In this document: positions 20,159 to 29,522 of the stretch, in pieces
How the letters are laid out: the number at the start of each line of letters is the position of its first letter
How positions within the stretch are numbered: the first letter of the stretch is position 1
Assembly (NCBI GenBank): GCA_963836075.1
Contig: CAWIIB010000008.1
Location: 160,001-224,000 of the forward strand
Direction: 5' to 3'
Length of the DNA stretch: 64,000 nucleotides
Source: an uncultured Acidobacteriota bacterium
Lineage (GTDB): Bacteria > Acidobacteriota > JAQAZP01
Program-made: the position numbers and the translations under genes
Notes under the pieces: model-generated
What the model was told of the DNA's origin: nothing
Database searches by the model: none
Seen by the model: only the letters and a program-made list of their open reading frames with translations

Positions 20159-20332
20159 ATGAACAAGGTCAGAGTGGTCAGAGAACTGTTGCGGCAGTGG
20201 TGGGACTTATCCCGCCGCGGGGACAACCGCTCGGGCCTGTTCGTGGGGTCCCTGCTGATTCTCCTGGTGCTGCTGGTCAAGTGGCCGGAGGCGCCTCCAC
20301 GGATCGAGCCGTTCATCTACGCCCATTTTTAA
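20159..20332 (+). CDS. Small membrane protein, DUF5989/SxtK-like (57 aa, absent from ORF track)
   Basis: MNKVRVVRELLRQWWDLSRRGDNRSGLFVGSLLILLVLLVKWPEAPPRIEPFIYAHF: one TM helix and C-terminal PFIYxxF as in the family's PFIYTLF; carbamoyltransferase nearby. Confidence 0.7.
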   Translation: MNKVRVVRELLRQWWDLSRRGDNRSGLFVGSLLILLVLLVKWPEAPPRIEPFIYAHF

Positions 20333-20431
20333 AGGGACAGTCCTGTAACCCGAGCTGATAGGCAGATCAGTCCGCCGCGGTCAGGATTCCAAGAGCCGGC
20401 TCCGGCGCTCCAGCGGAGGAGGAGTCTGCCG

Positions 20432-21337
20432 GTGAACGGACGACCTGAAGAAGTGGGGCGGCGGGTGCAGTCGTTTTACGAAGCCCACCCCTTTCCCGCG
20501 TTCCAGCAGACCCGCTTTTCCACCCGTGACGACCTGCGTGCTGCCGCCCGGTGGTTCCCCCGCCAGCTGGACAGTGACCTGCCCACCGGGATCCGTCTGG
20601 CCGATGTGGGGTGCGGCACCGGCAGGCTGGCCGCGCTGCTCAGCCTGCGCAACCGGCGCGTGGTGGGGGTCGATTTCTCGTCGGCGTCGCTGGAGCACGC
20701 CCTGGGGCTGAAAAGGGCGCTGGTCCTGGACAACGTATCCTATGTCCAGGGGGACCTGTTCCGGGTGCCGCTGCTCCACGGCCGGTTCGACGTGGTGCTC
20801 TGCCTCGGTGTCCTGCACCACACCGCCGATCCGCGGCAGGGGTTCCGGGCCCTGGCCCGGCTGTTGCGTCCCGGGGGGATCATGCTGCTGGGGCTCTACA
20901 ACAGATATGGTCGGCTGGTCCACCGTCTGCGGCAGTGGCGCTCAGCGGAAGGCGGCCCGCCCGGGGACCCGGCCCTGCTGAAAGCCCGGCTGCGGGGCCA
21001 GTTGCCGGACGAGGACCAGCAAGCGGATCCGGCGGGCCTCGATTCCTGGTATCACGACCAGTATCTCCACCCCCACGAGCTGACCGTCAGTCTGGCCGAA
21101 CTGGGTGCCTGGTTTTCCGAGGCCGGCCTGGAGCCGCTGGGCTGCTTTCCCCGGCGCAGGATTTTTGCCGGCGCCCCGCAGCCTCGACAGTGGCTCAGTG
21201 ACAGCGGCCGCCCGCTGGGCGGCTGGCCGGCAATGGCGGTGCAGCTGAAATGGGTTCTGACCCTGCGGGGGGCGGGGGGCTACTTTGTTCAGGCCGGGCG
21301 CCTGCCCGCGCGCGGCGGGAAGGGGGTGGGGCGATGA
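20432..21337 (+). CDS. Class I SAM-dependent methyltransferase
   Basis: FYEAHPFP, LADVGCGTG, FDVVLCLGVLHHT, DQYLHPHE. Confidence 0.88.
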   Translation: MNGRPEEVGRRVQSFYEAHPFPAFQQTRFSTRDDLRAAARWFPRQLDSDLPTGIRLADVGCGTGRLAALLSLRNRRVVGVDFSSASLEHALGLKRALVLDNVSYVQGDLFRVPLLHGRFDVVLCLGVLHHTADPRQGFRALARLLRPGGIMLLGLYNRYGRLVHRLRQWRSAEGGPPGDPALLKARLRGQLPDEDQQADPAGLDSWYHDQYLHPHELTVSLAELGAWFSEAGLEPLGCFPRRRIFAGAPQPRQWLSDSGRPLGGWPAMAVQLKWVLTLRGAGGYFVQAGRLPARGGKGVGR

Positions 21338-22920
21338 GCGGCAGGACCATCGACCGCATGCTCTTCATCCGGACCTCCAGGGCCGACCTGTTGAGCATTG
21401 TGCCGCCCCTGGGTCTGCTCTACCTGGTGGGCGCCCTGCGCCGTGACCTCCTTCCTCCACCATCGGCGGTGCGGGTGGTGGACTACGCGCTCCTCGGTTT
21501 GAACCCCCGCCGGCTGTCAGAGCTGCTCGAGGAGTTTGCTCCGGACCTGGTGGGGCTGTCGGGGCTCACCGTGGAGGCCGACCTGATGGTCCAGGTGGCT
21601 CGCCTGGCCCGGGGGGGTGACAACCGCCCGTTGGTGGTGGCCGGCGGTCCGCACCCCACATCCGACCCGGGTCACCTGCTGGCCCGGGGCCTGGTGGACT
21701 TCGTGGTCCGGGGTGAGGGGGAACAGACATTGCCGGAACTGGTGGCCTGTCTGCGCGGCGGCGGCGATCCCCGGACGGTTCCCGGGCTGGCCCTGCCGGG
21801 GGATGGGGGAACGCCGGAGTTCACCGCGCCGCGGCCGCTGCTGGGCAACCTGGACCAGTTGCCGCCACCGGCCTGGGACACCATCCGCATGGCCGACTAC
21901 TCCGCCCGGCCGGTCTACACCATGAGCCAGTCGCTGAAGTCTCCTCCGGCGGCGGTGATCATGACCTCCCGCGGCTGCCCGTTCGGCTGCGTCTACTGTC
22001 ACAAATTTTTTGGCCGCAAGGTCCGGGCTCGTTCGCCGGAGCACGTGCTGGACGAGATGGAACTGCTCTACCAGCAGCACGGCGCCCGGGAATTTCACCT
22101 TCTCGACGATTTCTTCAACTTCGATCTGGAGCGCGTGCGCGCCATCTGCCGGATGATCACCGAGCGGGGCCTGCAGGTCAGCCTCGCTTTTCCCAACGGC
22201 ATCCGGGGCGACCACCTGGACGAGGAGACGTTGCGGGCGATGAAGCGGGCCGGCACCTACAAGATCTACGTGGCGGTGGAGTCCGGTTCGGAGCGTGTGC
22301 AGAAGTACATCGGCAAGCGGATGAAACTCGACCTGCTGCAGCGCAACATCACCCTGGCCTCCCGGTTGGGGATCATCGTCTCCGCCTTTTTCATGATCGG
22401 CTTTCCCACCGAGACCAGGGAGGAGATGCAGGAGACAATCCGCTTCGCGGCGGCTTCGCGGCTCAACGGGGCGAACTTTTTCAAGGTCGTCCCCTTTCCC
22501 GGAACGAAACTGGCCGAGATGTGGGCCGAGACTTACCAGACCCCGGCCATTGCCGGGCCGCAGTCCGTGGAACAGGGGGACGGCGGCGAGGGCTACAAGG
22601 ACTTTTGCTTCATGTCGCGCAGCCTGCCCGCTCCCCCGGAGAGAATGATGCTGGTGGACGCGATGCAGGCCTGGGCCTATTGCCGTTTTTTCGGCAACCC
22701 GCTCCGCTCCGCCCGCTACGTCCTCAGGCATCCGAACCGGGGACTGTCCCTGAACAATCTCTGGTCGATGTTCCGCAACGTGACCACCTACTACCGGGAC
22801 CGTTGGTTTCGCCCGGAACTGATGCGGGAAAATTACTTTGGCGGGGAGGACCAGCCCGCCGCCGGCGAGTGGAGCCACCATGCGTCGTGCCGGAGCAGCC
22901 GGAGAATCGAGGGGCCGTGA
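21334..22920 (+). CDS. B12-binding (class B) radical SAM protein 1
   Basis: PPLGLLYL, VGLS, GGPHPT, GEGE, TSRGCPFGCVYC, VESGS, FMIGFPTET. Confidence 0.92.
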   Translation: MSGRTIDRMLFIRTSRADLLSIVPPLGLLYLVGALRRDLLPPPSAVRVVDYALLGLNPRRLSELLEEFAPDLVGLSGLTVEADLMVQVARLARGGDNRPLVVAGGPHPTSDPGHLLARGLVDFVVRGEGEQTLPELVACLRGGGDPRTVPGLALPGDGGTPEFTAPRPLLGNLDQLPPPAWDTIRMADYSARPVYTMSQSLKSPPAAVIMTSRGCPFGCVYCHKFFGRKVRARSPEHVLDEMELLYQQHGAREFHLLDDFFNFDLERVRAICRMITERGLQVSLAFPNGIRGDHLDEETLRAMKRAGTYKIYVAVESGSERVQKYIGKRMKLDLLQRNITLASRLGIIVSAFFMIGFPTETREEMQETIRFAAASRLNGANFFKVVPFPGTKLAEMWAETYQTPAIAGPQSVEQGDGGEGYKDFCFMSRSLPAPPERMMLVDAMQAWAYCRFFGNPLRSARYVLRHPNRGLSLNNLWSMFRNVTTYYRDRWFRPELMRENYFGGEDQPAAGEWSHHASCRSSRRIEGP

Positions 22921-24077
22921 AGAATAAACTGAAGCTGGTGCTGATGATCCGGCAGATGATCGTCGGCGGGGCCGAGTCCCAGATGGTCAGCCTGATCAAG
23001 ACCCTGGACCGCTCCCGCTACGATATCCACCTCTGCCTCTTCACCAACAACTGCGTACAGCGGGAGCTCATTGAGGCCGAAGGGGTTCCGATCACGGTGA
23101 TCCCCAAACGGGTCAAGTTCGATTTCCTCCACCTCTTCCGGCTCACCACCTGGCTGGCCAGGCTGCGTCCCGATATCGTCCACACCTGGATCACCGAGGC
23201 CAACTCCGTGGGGTCCGTGGCCGCCCTGCTCTGCCGGGTCCCGGTGCGCATCGGCTACGTGCTCAATGTCAATTTCTGGAAGACACGGCCCCGCCTGTTT
23301 TACGACCGTTTCGCCATGGGCAGCTGTCACTGTTTGGCCACCAACTCGCTGCGGATCAACCGCTTCCTCATCGAACGGATGGGGATCTCTCCCGGGAAGC
23401 TGAGGCTGCTCTACAACGGGGTCGACCCCCGGCGGAACGGCCTGGAGGGCGACCGGCGGGAGGAGGCCCGGGTGGCTGTCCGCAAGGAGTACGGTATCCC
23501 GCTGGAGAACCGGGTCTTCGTCACCGTGGCCGGGATGCGGCGCTTCAAGAACCACCTGCGATACCTGGAGTGGATCGCGATGATGCCGGAGAATCGTCGC
23601 TACACCTATTTCTTTGTCGGGGAGGGTGAACTGTTCGAGGCGGTGAAGGAGAAAAGGGACCGCTTGGGGCTGGCCGCTTCGGTGGTCATGGCCGGTGTGC
23701 GCTTCGACATTCCACGGGTGCTGGCCGCCTCGGACATCATGGTCATGCCGTCGATCATCGAGGGTCTGCCCAACGCGATCCTCGAGGGTATGGCCGCCGG
23801 CCTGCCGGTGGTGGCCACCGATGTGGGCGGCATTCCGGAGGCCGTTGACCATGGCCGTACCGGGTTCGTGGTCCCGCCGGAGGACGGCGAGGCGCTGGTG
23901 CGGGCCATGACCCGGCTGGGGGAGGACCCCGGTCTCTGCCGCGAGATGGGGAACGCCGGCCGGGCCGGAATCACCGGGGAGTTCACCCACCTGGGGATGG
24001 GGTCGGGTTTCTCGATGCTCTACGAGGAGTGGCACGCCAGGTGTTCAGGACAGCAGCCGGGAAAGAGAGCGGAATGA
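22917..24077 (+). CDS. GT4 glycosyltransferase
   Basis: GGAE, PDIVHT, YNGVD, PSIIEGLPNAILEGMAAGLPVVATDVGGIPE; GTGA overlap with the upstream gene. Confidence 0.92.
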   Translation: MKNKLKLVLMIRQMIVGGAESQMVSLIKTLDRSRYDIHLCLFTNNCVQRELIEAEGVPITVIPKRVKFDFLHLFRLTTWLARLRPDIVHTWITEANSVGSVAALLCRVPVRIGYVLNVNFWKTRPRLFYDRFAMGSCHCLATNSLRINRFLIERMGISPGKLRLLYNGVDPRRNGLEGDRREEARVAVRKEYGIPLENRVFVTVAGMRRFKNHLRYLEWIAMMPENRRYTYFFVGEGELFEAVKEKRDRLGLAASVVMAGVRFDIPRVLAASDIMVMPSIIEGLPNAILEGMAAGLPVVATDVGGIPEAVDHGRTGFVVPPEDGEALVRAMTRLGEDPGLCREMGNAGRAGITGEFTHLGMGSGFSMLYEEWHARCSGQQPGKRAE

Positions 24078-25657
24078 CGCAACAGGATTCGAACATGGAA
24101 CCTGCGCGGCACACGATCCTGCTCATCAGGAGCTCGGACGCCCGGCTGGGCACCATGAGCCCTCCCCTGGGCCTGCTCTACCTGGCATCCGCCATCCGTC
24201 ACTGGTGCGTTCGGCCGTGGGACATTCGGTTCGTCGATCTGGGGTTTCACGGACGGGCCTGGCGGCCTGCCCTGACCCAGCTGCTGGACCAGGCCCGCCC
24301 CTCGGTGGTGGGCCTCTCCGCACTGACCTGCGAAGCGGGCCTGGCCCACCAGCTGTTGCGTTTCCTCCACCAGGGGGCGGACAGCGGGGCCGTCCGCCCC
24401 CTGACCCTTCTCGGCGGCCCCTACGCCACTTCCTCGCCAGGGCTGGCCCTGAAAGACGGCGCCGGTGCTCTGGACGGCCTGCTGGTGGGGGAGGGCGAAC
24501 TGGCCCTGCCCGCACTGCTGGACCGGCTGACTGCCGCCGGAAACGGGGCGGAGGACTGGCGACGGAACCTGCCCCACCTGCTGGCCGGGGAGGCCGGGTG
24601 GTACGGGGCGCATTCCGTGCCGCTGGAGGACGGTTCCGGTGGCGCCGTTCAACGGGCCCCGCGGGTGGAGGAACTGGACACGCTCCCGCTGCCGGCCTGG
24701 GACCTGCTCCCCTCCCTGGACCGCTACGCCGGGCTCCCCAACTGGAACGGGATGCTGAAGGGGCGTCCCTACATGTCGGTGATGACCTCCCGCGGCTGCC
24801 CGTACGGCTGCAGCTACTGTCACAGTTTTTTTGGCCGCCGGGTCCGTCTGCGCTCGGCGGAGAACGTGGTGCGGGAGATCGACGAACTGCAACGCACCTG
24901 CGGCGTTCGTGAGATCCACATCATCGACGACATCTTCAACGTGGACCAGGGGCGGGCCGGGGAGATCTGCGATGGCCTCATCGCGCTGGAACCACGGCTG
25001 CACATCGCCTTCCCCAACGGCATCCGCGGGGACCTGCTGGACCAGGACCTGCTGGAGAAACTGGCCCGGGCCGGGGCGTACAAGATCAACTTCGGCGTGG
25101 AGACCGCTTCACCCCGGCTGCAGAAGGAAATCGGGAAACGGCTGGACCTGGGCAAGCTGGTGGAGGCCATACGTCAGACCCGCCGGCTGGGGATGATTCC
25201 CTTCGGGTTTTTCATGCTCGGGTTCCCCGGCGAGACCAGGGAGGAGATGAAACAGACCATCCGGTTCGCCACGGGTTCCGACCTGCTCACCGCCAAGTTC
25301 TTTCAGGTGATACCCTATCCCGGCACCGAGCTTGGCCGGCAGTGGCAGCGCCGGCAGCAGGACCAGTTCGTCACTCCGGGAATGGAGCAGTATCACTTTT
25401 TTTCCCAGCGCGTCACCTGCTCGGACCTGGACCCGCGGGAGGTGAACGACCTGGTGGCCGAGGCCTACCTCCGTTTTTTCAGCCGGCCGGGGAGAGTGAT
25501 CGGCCTCCTGTGGCGCCACCCCCGGTTCACTGCTGCGGTCCGGGGGCTCTGGCGCCTGCACAGTTCGCTGCTGCGATACCGGGTGCAGCGCTGGATGGGG
25601 AAGACAGGGGAGAGCATCGCGGAGGGATCGGACCATTCACCGGGGGCGCTATCGTGA
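24074..25657 (+). CDS. B12-binding (class B) radical SAM protein 2
   Basis: PPLGLLYL, GGPYAT, GEGE, TSRGCPYGCSYC, GVETAS, FMLGFPGET. Confidence 0.92.
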   Translation: MTQQDSNMEPARHTILLIRSSDARLGTMSPPLGLLYLASAIRHWCVRPWDIRFVDLGFHGRAWRPALTQLLDQARPSVVGLSALTCEAGLAHQLLRFLHQGADSGAVRPLTLLGGPYATSSPGLALKDGAGALDGLLVGEGELALPALLDRLTAAGNGAEDWRRNLPHLLAGEAGWYGAHSVPLEDGSGGAVQRAPRVEELDTLPLPAWDLLPSLDRYAGLPNWNGMLKGRPYMSVMTSRGCPYGCSYCHSFFGRRVRLRSAENVVREIDELQRTCGVREIHIIDDIFNVDQGRAGEICDGLIALEPRLHIAFPNGIRGDLLDQDLLEKLARAGAYKINFGVETASPRLQKEIGKRLDLGKLVEAIRQTRRLGMIPFGFFMLGFPGETREEMKQTIRFATGSDLLTAKFFQVIPYPGTELGRQWQRRQQDQFVTPGMEQYHFFSQRVTCSDLDPREVNDLVAEAYLRFFSRPGRVIGLLWRHPRFTAAVRGLWRLHSSLLRYRVQRWMGKTGESIAEGSDHSPGALS

Positions 25658-25707
25658 CAAAGGGCTGAAGCCCGTGCGTGAAGCGGGCCAGGAGGAGGAA
25701 CAAGCTG

Positions 25708-27411
25708 TTGGCCAAAGTTCTCGGCATCTCATGCTACTATCACGACTCCGCGGCAGCCTATCTGGAGGATGGAGTTATCGTTGCCGCGGCCGAGGAAGAA
25801 CGATTCACGCGACGCAAGCACGATACCGCTTTTCCGTTCCACGCCATCAACTACTGTCTCGGCCAGGCCGGCGCCGTTCTGGACGAGGTGGACGCGGTGG
25901 CTTTTTACGAAAAGCCGCTGGCCCGCTTCCAGCGGACCCTGCTGACCCACGCCCGGCAGTTCCCGCGGAGCCTGCCCGCCTTCATCAAGACCATCCCCGA
26001 CTGGCTGGGCCGCCGGCTGCTGGTGCCCCACCTGGTCCGGCGCCATTTATCCTATGACGGCCCGCTGCTCTTCGTGGATCACCACCTGGCCCACGCGGGA
26101 AGCGCGGCCCTGCTCTCGCCCTTCCGCCGGCCGGCCTACCTCACCGTGGACGGCACCGGCGAGTGGACCACCGCCAGTATCGGCCGCTGCACCGACGGTC
26201 TGCTGGAACCACTGGCCCAGGTGCCCTACCCCCACTCGTTGGGAATGCTCTATTCCACCATCACCGCCTGGCTCGGGTTCCCGGTGAACGAGGGGGAAGG
26301 GCGGGTGATGGGGCTGGCCGCCTACGGCGAGCCGGAATTGATGTCCAGCTTCGAGAAACTGGTTCACTTCGAGGAGCACGGGGCCTTCCGTCTCGACATG
26401 TCCTACTTCTCCTTTCCCCGCAGCACGCGCCGGATGTTCAGCCAAAAACTGGCGGCGCTCCTCGGGCCGCCGAGGCAGCCGGAGGAGCCGCTGGAGGACC
26501 GCCACCGGGCCGTGGCCGCCACCCTGCAGGCCGTGGTGGAAAAGGGGCTGCTCCGCCTGGCCGGTGAGGCGCACCGGCGGGTGCCCGGAGCCGACGGGCT
26601 GGCGTTGGCCGGGGGCGTGATGCTCAACTGCGTGGCCAACGGCCGGATTCTGCGCGAAGGCCCCTTCGACCAGCTCTTTATCCAGCCGGCGGCCGGGGAC
26701 TCCGGCGCGGCCCTGGGCGCTGCCGCGGTGGCCCACCGGTCGCTCTTTCCCCGCATACAGCTGCAGCCCATGGAGACGGCGCTCCTCGGCCCGGACTACA
26801 GCAACCGGGAGATCGAGGGGTTTCTGCGGGCCCGGGAGATCCCCATGGAGCAGCTGGAGGAGGAGCTGCTGCTGGAAAGAGTGGCCCGGATGCTGTCTGA
26901 AAACCGGATCGTCGGCTGGTTTCAGGGGAGGATGGAGTTCGGGCCCCGGGCCCTTGGCGCCCGCTCGATCCTGGCCAGTCCCGCCGACCCCGGCATGAAG
27001 GACCGGATCAACAGCAAAGTCAAGGGCCGGGAACCATTCCGCCCCTTTGCCCCCAGTGTGCTGGAAGAGCAGTGCAGCCAGTGGTTCGACCTGGAGGTTC
27101 CCAGCCCGTACATGGTACTGGCCGCGCCGGTGCGGGAAGAGGCGCGGGACAACATACCGGCGGTGGTTCACCAGGACGGCACGGCCCGGATCCAGACCGT
27201 TTCTCCATCGGTGAACCGGCTCTACCATCAGCTGATTTCGGTCTTCGGCCAACGCACCGGGCTGCCCCTGCTGCTCAACACCTCGTTCAATCTCAAGGGG
27301 GAGCCCATTGTCTGCAACCCGGTGCAGGCTTACGACTGCTTCAAAAGGTCCGGCATGGACGCCCTGGTGCTGGGGGACTGCCTGGTGCAACAGAGTAGGG
27401 GGGAGAGCTGA
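25708..27411 (+). CDS. O-carbamoyltransferase (NodU/CmcH/SxtI family)
   Basis: HDSAAA, EEERFTRRKH, HHLAHA, TVDGTGE, GRMEFGPRALGARSI, FRPFAP, LNTSFN; TTG start after AGGAGGAGG. Confidence 0.95.
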   Translation: MAKVLGISCYYHDSAAAYLEDGVIVAAAEEERFTRRKHDTAFPFHAINYCLGQAGAVLDEVDAVAFYEKPLARFQRTLLTHARQFPRSLPAFIKTIPDWLGRRLLVPHLVRRHLSYDGPLLFVDHHLAHAGSAALLSPFRRPAYLTVDGTGEWTTASIGRCTDGLLEPLAQVPYPHSLGMLYSTITAWLGFPVNEGEGRVMGLAAYGEPELMSSFEKLVHFEEHGAFRLDMSYFSFPRSTRRMFSQKLAALLGPPRQPEEPLEDRHRAVAATLQAVVEKGLLRLAGEAHRRVPGADGLALAGGVMLNCVANGRILREGPFDQLFIQPAAGDSGAALGAAAVAHRSLFPRIQLQPMETALLGPDYSNREIEGFLRAREIPMEQLEEELLLERVARMLSENRIVGWFQGRMEFGPRALGARSILASPADPGMKDRINSKVKGREPFRPFAPSVLEEQCSQWFDLEVPSPYMVLAAPVREEARDNIPAVVHQDGTARIQTVSPSVNRLYHQLISVFGQRTGLPLLLNTSFNLKGEPIVCNPVQAYDCFKRSGMDALVLGDCLVQQSRGES

Positions 27412-27414
27412 GCG

Positions 27415-28461
27415 ATGAACCCCCTGCCGATCATCGCCCTCCTCGGTGCCGTCGTCCTGGTGCTGGCCCTGGCCGAACTGCTGGTCCGGCTCTTCGTGCA
27501 CTGGAAGCCCAGGGGGATCGACCCCTGGACCTACCGTCTGGCCGAGCCACCCGAGCTCGGTTTCGAATTCACACCCGAGAACACCTTCTGTCACCACTAC
27601 CGGCCGCCCCGGGTCCAGGGCGGGCCCTGGAAACAGTGTTACCAGATCAATGCTCTTGGTATTCGGGATCGCCTCTATCCGCCCCGTCCCCCGGACAATA
27701 CGGTGCGCATCGTCTGTGTGGGCGATTCCTGCACCTTTGGCGAGGGTGTGGAGGAGCACCAGTCCTGGCCCCGGCAGCTGGAGACGATGCTGCGCTCCGA
27801 CCCGGGAGAAGCCGGGCCGGCCGTGGAAGTGATCAACTGCGGAGTGGCCGGCTACGACCTGGAAAAGAAACTGGCCCACTACCGTAAAAAATGCCTGGGC
27901 CTGCACCCGCATATCGCCATTTTGGGGTATACACTCAACGACCCGCAACGGCTGCTGGCGCCGTTGATCAATGGTGACGGGATGCTCAGCTCAGGCAGCG
28001 TCCCGCCATGGTCGGGTTTCCGGCAACTGGTGAAGACGCGGAGCGCGCTGGCCAACTGGGCGGCCCACCGCTGGAGCGAGCTGTTCGGCGCCCAGCGGCT
28101 GCTGCCCACCTATGGTTCCCGGTCACCGGACTGGATCCGCAGCCGGGCGCAGCTGAAGGAATTCAGCATCCTTTCCCTGGAGCAGGGCATCCGGCCGCTG
28201 GTGGCCATTCTGCCTGCCCCCTTCCGTCTTCACCGGGGGCACCCCTACCTCCCGATCTACCGGATTATGGAATCGTTCCTGGATGAGGAGGGCATAGCCT
28301 GGGCCAATCTCTTCCCCTCCATCGAGGGGCAGAAGAAACGGGAGATGATCGTCTGCAGCTGCGATTTCCACTCCAGCGCCCGTTGTTATGAACTGTTTGC
28401 CGCGGGGCTCCACCGGGAACTGACCGGCCGGTCCCCGTTCCGTGACCTGCTGCGTGTATGA
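27415..28461 (+). CDS. Membrane-anchored SGNH/GDSL hydrolase-family protein
   Basis: N-terminal TM helix, INALGIRD, VGDSCTFGEG, NCGVAGY, LND, DFH. Confidence 0.85.
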   Translation: MNPLPIIALLGAVVLVLALAELLVRLFVHWKPRGIDPWTYRLAEPPELGFEFTPENTFCHHYRPPRVQGGPWKQCYQINALGIRDRLYPPRPPDNTVRIVCVGDSCTFGEGVEEHQSWPRQLETMLRSDPGEAGPAVEVINCGVAGYDLEKKLAHYRKKCLGLHPHIAILGYTLNDPQRLLAPLINGDGMLSSGSVPPWSGFRQLVKTRSALANWAAHRWSELFGAQRLLPTYGSRSPDWIRSRAQLKEFSILSLEQGIRPLVAILPAPFRLHRGHPYLPIYRIMESFLDEEGIAWANLFPSIEGQKKREMIVCSCDFHSSARCYELFAAGLHRELTGRSPFRDLLRV

Positions 28462-29518
28462 GACTGTTCGGACGAGGACCTGGGCCGTGCGGAACACCCT
28501 GAAAAGAACACGGAAAGTCCTGCGGGCCGTGGAACGGCTGGGCCCGGCCGGTGAAGCGCTGGCCCGGAAGCTGTTTCATGCCATGGTCACCCTGGGCACT
28601 GCGCGACAGATCCGCTCCGGCATCCTGCGCACCAGGTCGTCCTTCATCGCCATCACCACCCAGGTGGGGTGCCGGTGTGCCTGCGAGTTCTGTCCCCAGG
28701 ACCTGTTGGTCAAGGCCTACGCCCGTCGGACAGCGCAGGAACAGCCCGCTGTCTCCGGGGTGGAGATTGACCGGCAGTGCATGACCCTGGAGAGCTTCCA
28801 CTGGTTTATGGAGCGGATCCCGCCGGAGGTGGCGATCAACTTTGCCGGGTTCTCGGAGCCCTGGTTGACGCCGCACTGCCCGGAGATGATCCTGGCGGCC
28901 CATGAACGGGGGCACCGCCTGCGGCTGTTCACCACCCTGGTGGGGATGAGCCCGGCCCAGCTGGCCCGGCTGTCCCGCATCCCCTTTCTGAACTTCCGGG
29001 TTCACGTCCCGGGCAGCGGGAACGGCAGTCCTATTCGTGTCGATGACCAGGTGCTGGAGACCCTGCGGGCCATCGTGGACCAGGGGGTTTCCAACCTGAT
29101 GTACCACCATCACGGGGATCAGCCGCACCCGGCCTTTGTGGAGCGTCTGGGCCGGTTCCAGATCAACCATGAGGTCTCGCACTACCGTGCCGGTAACCTG
29201 GACCAGCCCGGACTGGCCCGGGTGGAACGGCGGCACCGCGGACCCATCCGCTGCGGCCACGACCCCCGGTTCCCGGAACTGGACCACAACATCCTGCTGC
29301 CCAATGGCGACCTGGCGCTCTGCTGCATGGACTGGGGCCTGGACCACGTCATCGGCAACCTGGCCCGGACAGACCTGGAGACGATCTACCGCTCGGAACC
29401 GTACCTGACCCTGAAGCGGGGTCTGGACGACGACTCCCTCGACTCGCTCTGCCGCTACTGCACCCTCGCCGTGCCCCAGGATTCCGCATCGGGGCCGGCC
29501 GGCCCGGGGAGGAGGTGA
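28442..29518 (+). CDS. Radical SAM protein with SPASM/twitch domain (start uncertain)
   Basis: GCRCACEFCPQ, FAGFSEP, C-terminal C...LPNGDLALCCMDW...IGN...LCRYC. Confidence 0.85.
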   Translation: MTCCVYETVRTRTWAVRNTLKRTRKVLRAVERLGPAGEALARKLFHAMVTLGTARQIRSGILRTRSSFIAITTQVGCRCACEFCPQDLLVKAYARRTAQEQPAVSGVEIDRQCMTLESFHWFMERIPPEVAINFAGFSEPWLTPHCPEMILAAHERGHRLRLFTTLVGMSPAQLARLSRIPFLNFRVHVPGSGNGSPIRVDDQVLETLRAIVDQGVSNLMYHHHGDQPHPAFVERLGRFQINHEVSHYRAGNLDQPGLARVERRHRGPIRCGHDPRFPELDHNILLPNGDLALCCMDWGLDHVIGNLARTDLETIYRSEPYLTLKRGLDDDSLDSLCRYCTLAVPQDSASGPAGPGRR

Positions 29519-29522
29519 GGCC

